A DNA stretch of 64,000 nt from an uncultured cyanobacterium. Its GTDB lineage: Bacteria; Cyanobacteriota; Cyanobacteriia; Cyanobacteriales; Nostocaceae. The stretch covers positions 3,968,001 through 4,032,000 of the forward strand of contig OY970166.1 in the NCBI GenBank assembly GCA_963706595.1, given 5' to 3'. The position numbers were made by a program, and so were the translations under genes. The notes under the pieces were generated by a model, which had not been told where the DNA came from, ran no database searches, and worked only from the letters and a program-made list of their open reading frames with translations. Shown piece after piece: positions 46,416 to 59,135 of the stretch; position 1 is the stretch's first letter; each line of letters opens with the position of its first letter.

Positions 46416-47729
46416 ATGGTGAATCATATCAACCAGCTTTTAGTCCAAGCACAAGCCGCATCAGATGCAGCCGATTGGTCATTACTAACTCAATATTTAC
46501 AACAATTGATGCTGAAACTAGATTCTACACACCCAGAAGTAGATCAAAATCGGCAGTGTGTGCTGAAATTAGCACTCTCAATTTTAGAAATGGGAGATTT
46601 TCAGCAACGTTGGGATATTGCTAAAGTGTTGCGGCAACTGGGAAATATTGCTATCCCCCCATTGATTGATATTCTCTCAGATGAAGATGCGGCAGAAGAT
46701 TTACGTTGGTATGCAGTTCGCACTTTGGGGGAGTTTCAACACCCAGATGCCATAATCTCTGTCGTTGATTTGCTGAAAACCAGCGAAAATCAAGAACTCA
46801 AAGCGATGGCGGCTTCAGCTTTAGGGCAAATGGGGACTGCGGCCATTACGGCACTGACTGCACTTTTGGCTGCGGAAGAAACAAGACTTGTAGCAGTGCG
46901 ATCGCTTGCTTATATTCGCACTCAGGAGACCATTACACCTTTATTGAGTGTTGTCGAAGATTCGCAAGCCGCAGTCCGCAGCGCCACCCTAGAAGCCCTC
47001 AGTAGCTTTCATGACCAACGTGTACCACCAGTCCTCTTAAATGCTTTAGATGACGTTTCTGCCACTGTCAGACGTGCAGCAGTACAGGGTTTAGGTTTTC
47101 GCCCTGACTTATGTACAGAATTAGATTTAGTAACAAGATTGCAACCCAGATTATCCGATTCTAATCTTGAGGTTTGTTGTGCAGCTGCGATCGCTCTTTC
47201 CCGCATGGGTACTGATGCGGCGGCGCAGCATTTATTTGAGGTGTTAATTTCAGCGAATACACCACTGAAGCTGCAATTAGAAATTATTCGTGCTTTAGTC
47301 TGGGTGGAAACTTTATCTGGCTTGGCATATTTGCAAGAATTATTTAAACATACCACATCCGAGATTCTTTGGCAAGAAATTAGCACCGTTTTGGGGCAAG
47401 TGCAGAAGCCGCAGTTAATGAAACCAGCCGCCGAAATTTTGTTAACTGTTTTGCAGTCACCGCAACTCGTGACAGTGGCAAATCCTTGGGGGGCTAGGAT
47501 TAAAAGTGCGATCGCTCTGGGCTTGGGGCAGTTAGAAAATAATCAGGCTGTTGAAGCTTTGATTTTATTGTTGGCAGATGAGAATCAAATTGTCAAATTA
47601 AATGCGATCGCGGCACTAAAAAAGCTGGATAAAGAAGCCGCATATCAACAATTACAGCAATTAGCCCATAATTCCAAACTCACACCAGATTTGCAACAAG
47701 GAGTAGCGATCGCGCTGGCGGAATGGTAG
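46416..47729 (+). CDS. nirB: HEAT-repeat (PBS lyase-like) protein, probable NirB
   Basis: Repeated 'VR..A..ALG' HEAT units; sits after the Rieske gene and divergent from nirA, as recalled for Anabaena nirB. Confidence 0.7.
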   Translation: MVNHINQLLVQAQAASDAADWSLLTQYLQQLMLKLDSTHPEVDQNRQCVLKLALSILEMGDFQQRWDIAKVLRQLGNIAIPPLIDILSDEDAAEDLRWYAVRTLGEFQHPDAIISVVDLLKTSENQELKAMAASALGQMGTAAITALTALLAAEETRLVAVRSLAYIRTQETITPLLSVVEDSQAAVRSATLEALSSFHDQRVPPVLLNALDDVSATVRRAAVQGLGFRPDLCTELDLVTRLQPRLSDSNLEVCCAAAIALSRMGTDAAAQHLFEVLISANTPLKLQLEIIRALVWVETLSGLAYLQELFKHTTSEILWQEISTVLGQVQKPQLMKPAAEILLTVLQSPQLVTVANPWGARIKSAIALGLGQLENNQAVEALILLLADENQIVKLNAIAALKKLDKEAAYQQLQQLAHNSKLTPDLQQGVAIALAEW

Positions 47730-47737
47730 TGTTTTGA

Positions 47738-47774
47738 AAAAAATCTCCCCCGGTTAAAAACAGAGGGGAGATTT
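47738..47774 (+). terminator. Putative intrinsic terminator hairpin
   Basis: AAATCTCCCC ... GGGGAGATTT just after the stop codon. Confidence 0.6.
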
Positions 47775-47958
47775 ACAGTTAAAGTTCGTCAGGTGATCGG
47801 AATAGCTATTTATTTAGTATTAATCACCACTACTTTAATTCCTCCTAAAGATAGATAAATCTGATTTCAAGATGGTTGGGCATTCTGAAACTGATGCTAC
47901 ACAATAGTTTCAACCATAAATCTGCGAACCACCACCCGAACCCGTGCAATTAGGTGGT

Positions 47959-47992
47959 GCGATCGCCGCCGGCGGACGCTTTGCGCCATCGC
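47959..47992. repeat. Short dispersed repeat at a HIP1 site
   Basis: GCGATCGC-CGCCGGCGGACGCTTTGC-GCCATCGC; related to 2040-2071. Confidence 0.55.
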
Positions 47993-48155
47993 TGGTTCTA
48001 TCCTTATTTTTACTACCCAGAACCCAGTATTTTTAACAAGACTTATGTCTACGTAGGGATATGCTAACTGATGTTGAGATGTTACAGTTTTAATATCGCC
48101 AAATTTTGTGAAATCATAAGCACAAAATGCCAATTTTGGCAATATTTAGTAAGGA

Positions 48156-48926
48156 GTGAATGTGAATAGGACTTTTCTTGTCTCTGACACGCTACGCAAA
48201 CGCAACGGTTTGTTTTACTTGCCCAGTTTAGCTGCCCTGGCAGTCTTAAGTACTGGTTTGTCTGCTGTTGCCCAAACAGTAGATACTCAAATGGTAGCTG
48301 AGTCTGCTGTAAATGCAACATCTTCTGATGCCATTAATTTACAGCAATTTCCCAGCGCTAATCCCCAGGAAGTGGCAAATCGAACACTCACACCTGTACC
48401 AGGAACAGCCTTAACTTCATCAGCAGGCCTGATTTCTGAATCAAAACCGACGGCTCAATTTCCTTCTACTCAGGTAGCACAAGCTGATATTGATCTTGGT
48501 AGACCTACTCGTGGCGGTAGAAGCTATATCGGTGTTGCTGGTAACATTGGTATAGGTGGTGGTGACTCATCTTTAGGTGATGGCAATTTTGCAGTTATTA
48601 GTAAAGTGGGACTGACAAATAGCATATCGGTCAGACCGTCAGCTGTATTTGGCAACAACACCACAATCCTACTTCCGATTACTTACGACTTCAACTTGCA
48701 GCAGGCAGATCCATTTGAAGAACCCCTAGCGATCGCGCCCTATGTTGGAGTAGGTGCAGCTATTAAAACTGGTAGTGATTCCAGCACTGCCTTGTTAGTA
48801 TCTGGTGGTATAGATTTTCCTCTAAATCCTCAATTCACGGCCACAGCTTCCATCAATGCCGGATTTTTTGACCAGACTGATGTCGGTTTGTTGTTAGGAG
48901 TTGGTTACAATTTCACCGGTTTCTAA
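48156..48926 (+). CDS. Secreted protein with C-terminal outer-membrane beta-barrel-like domain
   Basis: Signal peptide (..SAVA-Q), low-complexity linker, alternating beta-strands (SYIGVAGNIG, PYVGVG, LGVGYNF). Confidence 0.7.
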   Translation: MNVNRTFLVSDTLRKRNGLFYLPSLAALAVLSTGLSAVAQTVDTQMVAESAVNATSSDAINLQQFPSANPQEVANRTLTPVPGTALTSSAGLISESKPTAQFPSTQVAQADIDLGRPTRGGRSYIGVAGNIGIGGGDSSLGDGNFAVISKVGLTNSISVRPSAVFGNNTTILLPITYDFNLQQADPFEEPLAIAPYVGVGAAIKTGSDSSTALLVSGGIDFPLNPQFTATASINAGFFDQTDVGLLLGVGYNFTGF

Positions 48927-49260
48927 CTACATAATCTGAAACATAAAAGGCAAAAGTAATATTAGCTTTTGCCTTTTGCCTTTTGTAACTTTCAAATTTC
49001 TTAATTTTTAATCAACCTAAACAAATTCTAGAAGTGAGATAATAGTTATATTCTTGACATCGTGAGTATCACTTAAAAATACATAGTTTTCTATCTTGAT
49101 GTCATGCCTAAATTCTGCAATAATATGCCAAACTTAGCTATTACAGATGAACAACCACAGATCAATTTCTAGGTGGGGATATGAGCTTGATTTTTGCAGT
49201 AATTATTTTAGTTTGTATAATAACAAATAAATCTTTAATCAAAATCTAGCATTTATATAT

Positions 49261-49866
49261 ATGAATAAACCTGATAAGTCATCTGCTCACATCACACATA
49301 TTATCGTGGAAAAGCAAAAAGAAGCAGAACTGATGCATGATGTGCTTCTATTGCTGCAAAATTTGATTTCTAGAGAAGTAACTACTATCAAGCTAGTCTT
49401 GGATTCTCTCTATGATGTCGGCTCAACTAACCTGATTAACCACAAGTTTCGTTCTCGGACTCTCAATAGAGGTTTGAAACTAATTTCCCGGACATCCAAG
49501 CCAGTATTTAGAATTTTGGCTTGGCGCTGGTTTCAAAAGAATGGTTCTCAATTAATTACTAAATGGCTGCAAAGCCAGGTGACTTTCAAAAGCACAGAAC
49601 AACCAAAAGCAGCGAAAGCAGAATTGGTGCTAGAAAATCCCGAAATCAACCTGAATTATCCTCCCAAGCCTCAGTATCAGCTTCATGAAGTCAAGCATCT
49701 TCGTTCCCAAGTGACATTGCTCACTGGTATTTTGGCCGGAGTTGTGACAGTGTTCGGTGGTAGTTTTGTCTGGTTAGGTTATTCCCTAGAGCGATCGCAT
49801 CTGCAAACAATTGTCGAATTACAAACTCAGGTGAAAACTCTCGAAGCTAGCGTCAATAAGCCATAG
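49261..49866 (+). CDS. Hypothetical membrane-anchored protein
   Basis: 201-aa ORF with one C-terminal TM helix flanked by coiled coils. Confidence 0.7.
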   Translation: MNKPDKSSAHITHIIVEKQKEAELMHDVLLLLQNLISREVTTIKLVLDSLYDVGSTNLINHKFRSRTLNRGLKLISRTSKPVFRILAWRWFQKNGSQLITKWLQSQVTFKSTEQPKAAKAELVLENPEINLNYPPKPQYQLHEVKHLRSQVTLLTGILAGVVTVFGGSFVWLGYSLERSHLQTIVELQTQVKTLEASVNKP

Positions 49867-49904
49867 CCCACCTTTGTGGGCTGTGTAGCATAGTTCGGGA
49901 ACTT

Positions 49905-51188
49905 CTATTGAGGACTAGGATTAACTTTGTCAATCACCTGAATTTTGCCATCTGCTTCTACAGTCCAAACATCGTAGACACCGACAACATCACCGTTAGC
50001 ATCAACATCAACATTACCGCTTGCGCCTTGATAGTTAATGTCTTGACCCTCTCGCAGTAATTTCAGCCCCTCGCAGACATCAGTAACTTCTGTACCAGGT
50101 TCATTAGCAACTTCACGGATTTTGTTAGAAATACCAACACCTGTGTTTTCCTGCGCCGCTTGTGCTGCAAGTACCAACAAAGCCGCAGCATCCCAAGCTT
50201 GGGGAGCGTATTCCCCTGGAGAACTGCCTTTTTTCGCTTGCCACAGCTTGTTAAAATCTGCTAACGCTTTGCCATCAGAACCGGGTACTGTACCCACCGC
50301 CCCAGCTAAGAGATATTTCCCATCAGCGCTTTTGCCTACTTGATCAGGAAAGGTGGGTGCTTTGACTCCATCTGTGAGCATAATTTGCACACCATCAGTT
50401 AAACCTTGTTGGTAAGCAGTTTTCAGGAGGAGACTGCCTGTTTCAGCATAAAGAACGGCTATGACTGCATCTGGTTTTCCCGCAAAAGCAGCAGCAGCTT
50501 CGGTATCAAATGTTTGGGCTTTAGGATCATAGCGCACAGGCTGATCTTTATTAATTACGGTTCCACCCAATTTTTCAAAAGTTTCTACAAAGGCTTTTTC
50601 AAACCCTACCCCATAGTCGTTATTAATCACAACTGTGGAAACTCGCTTGAAGCCTTTTTGATTAGCTAGTTGAGCTAATGCTAATGCTTGGTAGGTATCA
50701 GGAGGAGCAGTTCGCGCCCAAAAACTTTTAAAGTCTCCTTTTTGGGCTTTTTCTGTAAACACTGGACTGGTACTACCAGGAGAAATCATCATTACTTGGT
50801 TAGGGACAGCCACTGAGACAGCAGCAGTAGAAACGCTACTTGCAAAGGAACCAACTACACCAGCAACTTTATCCAGAGTTGCCAATTTGGTCATCCCCGC
50901 CGCACCTGCTCTAGGGTCGGTTTGGTCGTCTACTTCTACGAGGGTGACTGGTTGCCCATTCACACCTTCGCAAGCGTTCACAGTCTCCACTAGCAAGGGA
51001 ACTGAGCCTGACATTTGCTGTCCAATGGCAGCCAAATCACCGGTTGCTGGCAGTAAAGAACCAATTTTCAAGCCTTGACTACTATCGGTTGCGGTATTGG
51101 TGTTCTCAGCATTTTCGCAAGCTCCCAAAAGGAAACCCGTTGCTAAGGTAGCTATACTTAAGGCTAAAGCAGTATTAATTTTTGGCAT
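49905..51188 (-). CDS. natB: Neutral/branched-chain amino acid ABC transporter substrate-binding lipoprotein
   Basis: Lipobox LLGAC; LKIGSLLPATG; ISPGSTSP; NNDYG; downstream of crtB as recalled for Anabaena. Confidence 0.85.
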   Translation of the reverse strand: MPKINTALALSIATLATGFLLGACENAENTNTATDSSQGLKIGSLLPATGDLAAIGQQMSGSVPLLVETVNACEGVNGQPVTLVEVDDQTDPRAGAAGMTKLATLDKVAGVVGSFASSVSTAAVSVAVPNQVMMISPGSTSPVFTEKAQKGDFKSFWARTAPPDTYQALALAQLANQKGFKRVSTVVINNDYGVGFEKAFVETFEKLGGTVINKDQPVRYDPKAQTFDTEAAAAFAGKPDAVIAVLYAETGSLLLKTAYQQGLTDGVQIMLTDGVKAPTFPDQVGKSADGKYLLAGAVGTVPGSDGKALADFNKLWQAKKGSSPGEYAPQAWDAAALLVLAAQAAQENTGVGISNKIREVANEPGTEVTDVCEGLKLLREGQDINYQGASGNVDVDANGDVVGVYDVWTVEADGKIQVIDKVNPSPQ

Positions 51189-51415
51189 AGTTTACTTTCA
51201 CTCCTCAGATATTTAGGAGCCTCAAAGTAAGATTCAAACTAGGCTTTTAGGTTAGCCCAATCTTAACAGGCTCTAAAGGATAAATAATAGCATCTACCCA
51301 CAGGAGTAAAACTTTTTACCAATACATCAAGATTTATTGGTTTGTTTTCTATTAATTTACCTAGTCCTACCTAAGCTTGAGCTATGGGTAAAGACTAGGT
51401 TTAAATAACTAAAAA

Positions 51416-51507
51416 CGGAGAGGGAGGGATTCGAACCCTCGGTACGGAGTTACCTGCCGTACAACAGATTAGCAATCTGTCGCTTTCGACCACTCAGCCA
51501 CCTCTCC
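51416..51507 (-). tRNA. trnS: tRNA-Ser (anticodon GCT)
   Basis: GGAGAGGTGGCTGAGTGGTCGAAAGCG-ACAGATT-GCT-AATCTGT-long variable arm-GAGGGTTCGAATCCCTCCCTCTCCG; CCA not encoded. Confidence 0.97.
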
Positions 51508-51715
51508 AGGTGGTCTACAGATAATAACGTTAGCAGACTTTTTGGAGTTAGTCAAGTCTGGGTGAGCAAATAATTCGTAATTCGTAATTAATAGACAGAG
51601 CTACTTCGTTTATCAATGGATAAAACAGAAATGCAGTCAATTTTTTAGATTTTCCTGAATTTATTTATGGTGTGCAGAACTTACGAATTACGAATTATTC
51701 TGACTACTGGCCTGA

Positions 51716-54071
<2,356 letters not shown>

Positions 54072-54116
54072 TTAAACTTACTGCCTTTCAATATTTTTTA
54101 TCCTTTTGTCGTTCTC

Positions 54117-54141
54117 ATTATACGTTGCAATCCGTTACATT
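54117..54141 (-). promoter_or_regulatory. crtP promoter -10 box with adjacent HLR1-like (RpaB) direct repeat
   Basis: Minus-strand TATAAT at 54122-54117; plus-strand GTTGCAAT-CC-GTTACATT at 54124-54141. Confidence 0.5.
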
Positions 54142-54547
54142 TGGCAGGGGTTGTGCGATCGCTTCTGCAAAAACTGCCCTCAAAAGCAATTTTACTGCGA
54201 TTTGCAAACGAAAGCAGAGCGCCAGCATCACTACCACTCAAGGACACAAAGATTCGTAAGTTATATCCTAATTCTTGGAAAAAAGTCTCAAATATCCCGG
54301 AGTATACGTTAATTTATTTAATTTATTTGTTAAACTTTTACATGAATTTTGACGTGGTGCTAACATACAAAATTTTTATTGCCATCCATACCCTCCACCA
54401 AGAAAATATTTTTTCTCAATGCAGATGAGTTCGAGAATCAGCACTCACAAAATGTCCCCAAATCATCAGTAGGTAGTCACGAGCTATGACGTTGACCAGC
54501 AAAATTACATCTAACTGCGGCAAATCATCCGACTGATTGCTCAAAAG

Positions 54548-55447
54548 TTGACAAATGCCAGCTTATGTATGCTATCCAATAACAAGAATCAATTACAAAC
54601 TACATCCAGTATCTCAAATCCTATGCCAACAACTAGTACAGAGAATTGGTCTAATTCTGATGGAATGATTGTATCCAAGTTAGAACACATTACTCCTCTG
54701 ATTCTTACTTATAACGAAGAAGACAATATTGAGCGCACGCTTGAGCATCTCTCTTGGGCAAAAACAATTATAGTTATTGATAGTTATAGTACCGATGCAA
54801 CCCTAGAAATTCTTGACGGATATTCACAAGTCCAGGTATTAAAACGTAAATTCGATACCCACGGTCAACAATGGAACTATGGCTTAGAGCAAGTGCAATC
54901 ACCCTGGGTACTTTCTCTGGATGCCGATTATATAGTTACAGATGAATTAATCTCGGAAATGGCCACCTTACCTGTGGATGGAGAAATTGATGGCTACTTT
55001 GTCAGGTTCAATTACTGTGTGCTTGGCAAACCCGTTCGTAATACCAGAATACTTCCTCCGCGTCAAGTTCTATTTAAAAAAAGCAAAGCTATTTATATTG
55101 ATGATGGACATACACAAGTTTTACAACTGACTGGTAAATCAGATTTACTCTCTAGTTATCTGTACCACGATGATCGTAAACCGTTTAGTCGTTGGTTATG
55201 GTCACAAGAACGCTATACAGTGCTGGAAGCCAAGAAAATACTGGAAACCCCCATCAGCGAACTCGATTGGGTCGATCGTATTCGCAGACGAAAAATTTTG
55301 GCTCCTTGGATGATCTTTCTCTATTGCTTAATTATCGAAGGCTGGATTTTTGATGGTTGGCATGGTTGGTATTACGTATATCATCGGGTTTTAGCAGAAA
55401 CTATTTTGGCAATTCGGATTATTGAAGCAGAAAAATTAAAACGGTAG
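54548..55447 (+). CDS. Glycosyltransferase family 2
   Basis: ILTYNEE, IDSYSTD.T, WVLSLDAD; true start probably a downstream ATG. Confidence 0.88.
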   Translation: MTNASLCMLSNNKNQLQTTSSISNPMPTTSTENWSNSDGMIVSKLEHITPLILTYNEEDNIERTLEHLSWAKTIIVIDSYSTDATLEILDGYSQVQVLKRKFDTHGQQWNYGLEQVQSPWVLSLDADYIVTDELISEMATLPVDGEIDGYFVRFNYCVLGKPVRNTRILPPRQVLFKKSKAIYIDDGHTQVLQLTGKSDLLSSYLYHDDRKPFSRWLWSQERYTVLEAKKILETPISELDWVDRIRRRKILAPWMIFLYCLIIEGWIFDGWHGWYYVYHRVLAETILAIRIIEAEKLKR

Positions 55448-55473
55448 TAAAATCACCCTGATTTAATAGAGTA

Positions 55474-56370
55474 TCAATCCATACGAGTGGCAACACACAT
55501 CAAAGACAATGCAGCCTCTGGGGAGTTAGGGTCTATACCGGATAATCTCTGAGCTAGTCGGTACTTCCAAAATGGCCTACCGTAATTACCCTTTAATGCT
55601 TCTGCACCTACTATATGGTTATGAGGGTAAACCTTAACTCCAAACCCCATCGATTCTAGGATTTCATAGAACATCTCTGATGTCACACCATCACAAGCTT
55701 TGTGATGTACTTCTGTTGCCAAACCCCAGGATTGCTCCTCTGCCGTGGAATGTCCGCCTCGTTGTATATACTGATAAATTGGCAAACGTAACTGCCACAA
55801 TAACGAACCTAAACCTTTAAACTGATAAGCATTTTTTTGGGGATCGTGATCTGTGATTAAAAGCCCACCAGGGCGGACTAATTTAGCAGCCTCTTGCAAA
55901 ACTTTCTCCATATCATCGCAATGATGTAAGCTGGCATTTAACATCACAATATCAGCAAACCCAGACACAAAAGGTAGATTGTGAGCATCTGCTAGGACTG
56001 TTGTATATCCTAGCGAACTAGCCATTTTTAGTGCGCCGAGAGAAACATCTACGCCAATTAATAACTGCGGTTCACCACAAAACTCTTTGAGAGAGGCATA
56101 CACATTGCCTGGACCACAACCGATATCCACTACTATTTTGCCTTGCCAACTACCAATTACAGCTTGCCAAAGTTCTATAAATTTTTCATCTCTGTGACAA
56201 GCTGCAAAATAATTTAATCCCCAATCTGGATGCCCAAAGTAGTAGCTGTTGGCTTCGATAGCTGGGGTGGGATTTAAAATCTGGCAAATAATAGTATCTT
56301 CATCCCATCTATCAATTTTGCTTGGTTGGGCAAAATAGTCAGCACAGTTGGTATGTAATTCGTTTAACAT
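55474..56370 (-). CDS. Class I SAM-dependent methyltransferase
   Basis: VDIGCGPG, GVDVS, DAHNLPF, LHH, RPGG. Confidence 0.88.
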   Translation of the reverse strand: MLNELHTNCADYFAQPSKIDRWDEDTIICQILNPTPAIEANSYYFGHPDWGLNYFAACHRDEKFIELWQAVIGSWQGKIVVDIGCGPGNVYASLKEFCGEPQLLIGVDVSLGALKMASSLGYTTVLADAHNLPFVSGFADIVMLNASLHHCDDMEKVLQEAAKLVRPGGLLITDHDPQKNAYQFKGLGSLLWQLRLPIYQYIQRGGHSTAEEQSWGLATEVHHKACDGVTSEMFYEILESMGFGVKVYPHNHIVGAEALKGNYGRPFWKYRLAQRLSGIDPNSPEAALSLMCVATRMD

Positions 56371-56676
56371 CTATGACAATTTATTAGTGTGTATTTACTT
56401 AAAACGTTGTGGTTGACTGCCGACACTAGAGATTATACTGGACTTGAGTTATAATCTATTTGAAAATAACATAAAGTTTATGTAAATGTATCAGTATTTT
56501 CGTAAAACTCTTAAACTAGGATAAGTTCATCAAAAAAATCACAAAAAATTAATGTTTTTGTAAAATCAAACCACCTAATGTCAGAGTTGGAATTTTTTAT
56601 TGAGTTTTGCCATTTTCGGAAAGTTATATATAATCAGATTTCCAATTGTTTTTACTAAATCCGGAATAAATTAGAA

Positions 56677-57495
56677 ATGATAGACAAAACTTCGAGAAAT
56701 TATTATGCAGAGCAAATTTTAAATAAACTCGAACAGTATAAATCGGCTTTAAAAAAAGAATTTGCCATCGCCAACCGGATCAACGCCTGTTATTTAGATG
56801 ATTTATTAAATGTAGAGGATGTACTGAAAATCCATAACGCATTTCCTGATAAGAAAAACTTATTGCAGTTAAAAGATTTGAGAGAATTTAAATATGTTGG
56901 TATCCAATTAGATAAATTCAATCCTATTTTAGAAGAAATTATCTATGCTTTCCAGGATGACAGAGTAGTGCAGCTAATTGCCGAAATCACCGGATTTGAA
57001 CAGTTAATGCCAGATGAATACCTTTACGCTGGTGGCTTTAGCCTCATGGAATATGGCTGTTTTTTAAATCCTCATCTGGATAATTCCCATGATAAAGATA
57101 TTAATAACTATCGGGTTTTGAATTTACTCTATTATGTAACTCCTGGTTGGCAAGAAGATTATGGCGGGAATTTAGAACTTTGGGATCAAGGTTTAAAGCA
57201 TCCTTGTCGAACTATTCATAGTAAGTTCAATCGGCTAGTTATTATGGTTACTAATAAAAGTTCTTTGCATTCTGTTAGTCCAATTAATCATCATGGTCAG
57301 CGCTGTTGTGTGTCTAACTACTACTTTTCACCAAAACCTGCTGATACACAAAATTATTATCATGTTACTTCTTTTAGAGGTCGCCCAGAACAGAAACTGA
57401 GAGATATAGTTTTGAAAGTAGACGCTAGCTTACGACAAATAGTGCGTAAAGTTGTGAGAAATCGCTTTAAAAAACCTCATTTTTATAGAAAGTAA
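56677..57495 (+). CDS. 2OG-Fe(II) oxygenase
   Basis: HLD, GGNLELW, FNRLV, H(SV) and R...SNYY triad and 2OG-binding motifs. Confidence 0.88.
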   Translation: MIDKTSRNYYAEQILNKLEQYKSALKKEFAIANRINACYLDDLLNVEDVLKIHNAFPDKKNLLQLKDLREFKYVGIQLDKFNPILEEIIYAFQDDRVVQLIAEITGFEQLMPDEYLYAGGFSLMEYGCFLNPHLDNSHDKDINNYRVLNLLYYVTPGWQEDYGGNLELWDQGLKHPCRTIHSKFNRLVIMVTNKSSLHSVSPINHHGQRCCVSNYYFSPKPADTQNYYHVTSFRGRPEQKLRDIVLKVDASLRQIVRKVVRNRFKKPHFYRK

Positions 57496-57777
57496 AGTAA
57501 TAGATCATGCTATTGAAAAGAGTGTGATTAGTTGCCAAATTCCATTGTCATCGCCAGCACAAATTTTCATCTCATATCAATTTGCCTTTTGGACACACCC
57601 ACTCTAAAAAATAGTAGGACTCATGGGTTAAAAGATTTACTAGCGTGTATTGCCGTTTTAGGAAGCAGATAAATTTTAGATATTTTATATATCAAGCATA
57701 TAATAGGACTTGCGACATATTTGCTACATATACGTAGGTGTGAGCATAATTAGTCATCCACTACAGCCGATTTATTA

Positions 57778-57914
57778 GGGACTTCCAAATAAAAAAATAC
57801 TCACTCACCTAACGCAAAAAACCTCTCAAAGTCTCATAACTCTGTGTCTGGAGTGGTAGCCTTCGGCAAGCTACGCTAACGTTTATTTGGTTAAGGTTAT
57901 TTCTTAGAAGTCCC
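57778..57914. mobile_element. MITE with TTA target-site duplication
   Basis: TTA-GGGACTTCCAA ... TTAGAAGTCCC-TTA; left about 60 bp nearly identical to 29037 onward. Confidence 0.7.
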
Positions 57915-58018
57915 TTACGGGGCAAAAATTTTTAACCTGGTTATAAACCTGTAAAATAATACCGTATTTGCTCAAAATTGAAAATCCCCGTTGTTTGTTA
58001 CACAACTAGAGGTGAAGC

Positions 58019-59107
58019 ATGATGGCAGTATCGCAAGAGTTCGAGGGCTTTGGAAATCACTTGATCCTGGGGATTTCCGGCGCTTCATTAAGTGATGACG
58101 ATAAACGCACACTGAGCGAATTAAAACCAGTTGGGGTAATTTTTTTCGCGCAAAACTTTCTGGATGGTACGCCTTATGAAGTTTGGCTAGAAAGCTTCAA
58201 GAATCTGAACGACGAAATCAGAAAATATACTGAACGTGACTCAATGTTTATGACATTAGATCACGAAGGGGGAAGGGTTGTTCGGACACCCCTACCAATT
58301 ACGCGATTTCCTTATGCTTTGTTGTGCAGATCACAGGCAAAACAAGTAGCAGAAGCTACAGCATTAGAGTTGAAATCCCTGGGAATAAATGTGTCCTGGT
58401 CTCCTGTAGCAGATATTTTTTCCCATCCTCAAAATCCAATTATTGGGCCTCGTGCCTTTGGTCGCACCCCGGAAACAACGGCTGAAGGTGTCTGTGAATA
58501 CTACAGAGGACTTCGGGAAGGGGGAATTTTAGGATGTGCTAAACACTTTCCCGGACATGGAGACACCAGCAAAGATTCTCATATTGAATTACCAATACTG
58601 AATCTTACCCTAGAAGAATTACGGATGCGGGAATTGATACCGTTTAAAGCGCTGATATCGGAGCAAATTCCGTTAATTATGACAGCGCATATCCTGTTTC
58701 CTCAGATAGATCCGCAATTTCCCGCCACACTTTCCCCAGCTATCCTGAAGAAGATACTCCGAGAGGAATTGGGCTTTGAAGGAGTGGTTGTATCTGATGA
58801 CTTGGATATGAAAGCTGTCTCAGATATGTTTATCCAACGTGGGACAGTAGCGCGAGCTTTTAATGCTGGCTGTGATTTGTTTATTGTCTCGCGGAATATT
58901 AATTCGTTATCTATTGAAAGGACTTATCAAATGGCTAAAGATTTTGCTGATTCCTTTAGCAACGGTAGTCTAGATGAATCAGTCGTGGCCGCAGCTAGAG
59001 ACAGAATTGAGAAACTACTGACCGTAACTCCCCAATATATGATTCATGCTTTGGATAGAAATATCCTACAGCAACACGCTGAACTGGCGATCGCTTGTTG
59101 TTACTAG
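58019..59107 (+). CDS. nagZ: Beta-N-acetylhexosaminidase (GH3)
   Basis: DHEGGRV.R, KHFPGHG....DSH, MTAH, SDDLDM. Confidence 0.93.
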   Translation: MMAVSQEFEGFGNHLILGISGASLSDDDKRTLSELKPVGVIFFAQNFLDGTPYEVWLESFKNLNDEIRKYTERDSMFMTLDHEGGRVVRTPLPITRFPYALLCRSQAKQVAEATALELKSLGINVSWSPVADIFSHPQNPIIGPRAFGRTPETTAEGVCEYYRGLREGGILGCAKHFPGHGDTSKDSHIELPILNLTLEELRMRELIPFKALISEQIPLIMTAHILFPQIDPQFPATLSPAILKKILREELGFEGVVVSDDLDMKAVSDMFIQRGTVARAFNAGCDLFIVSRNINSLSIERTYQMAKDFADSFSNGSLDESVVAAARDRIEKLLTVTPQYMIHALDRNILQQHAELAIACCY

Positions 59108-59135
59108 GGGAGTGGGGAGTAGGGAGTGGGGGATC

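Noticed and set aside
51300..51520. tRNA-Ser as an integration site
   Set aside because: No integrase and no duplicated tRNA 3' end seen; flanked by core genes crtB and natB
56660..56665. TCCGGA (DIF1-like heterocyst promoter motif) upstream of the 2OG oxygenase
   Set aside because: Only 11 nt before the ATG, too close to act at -35
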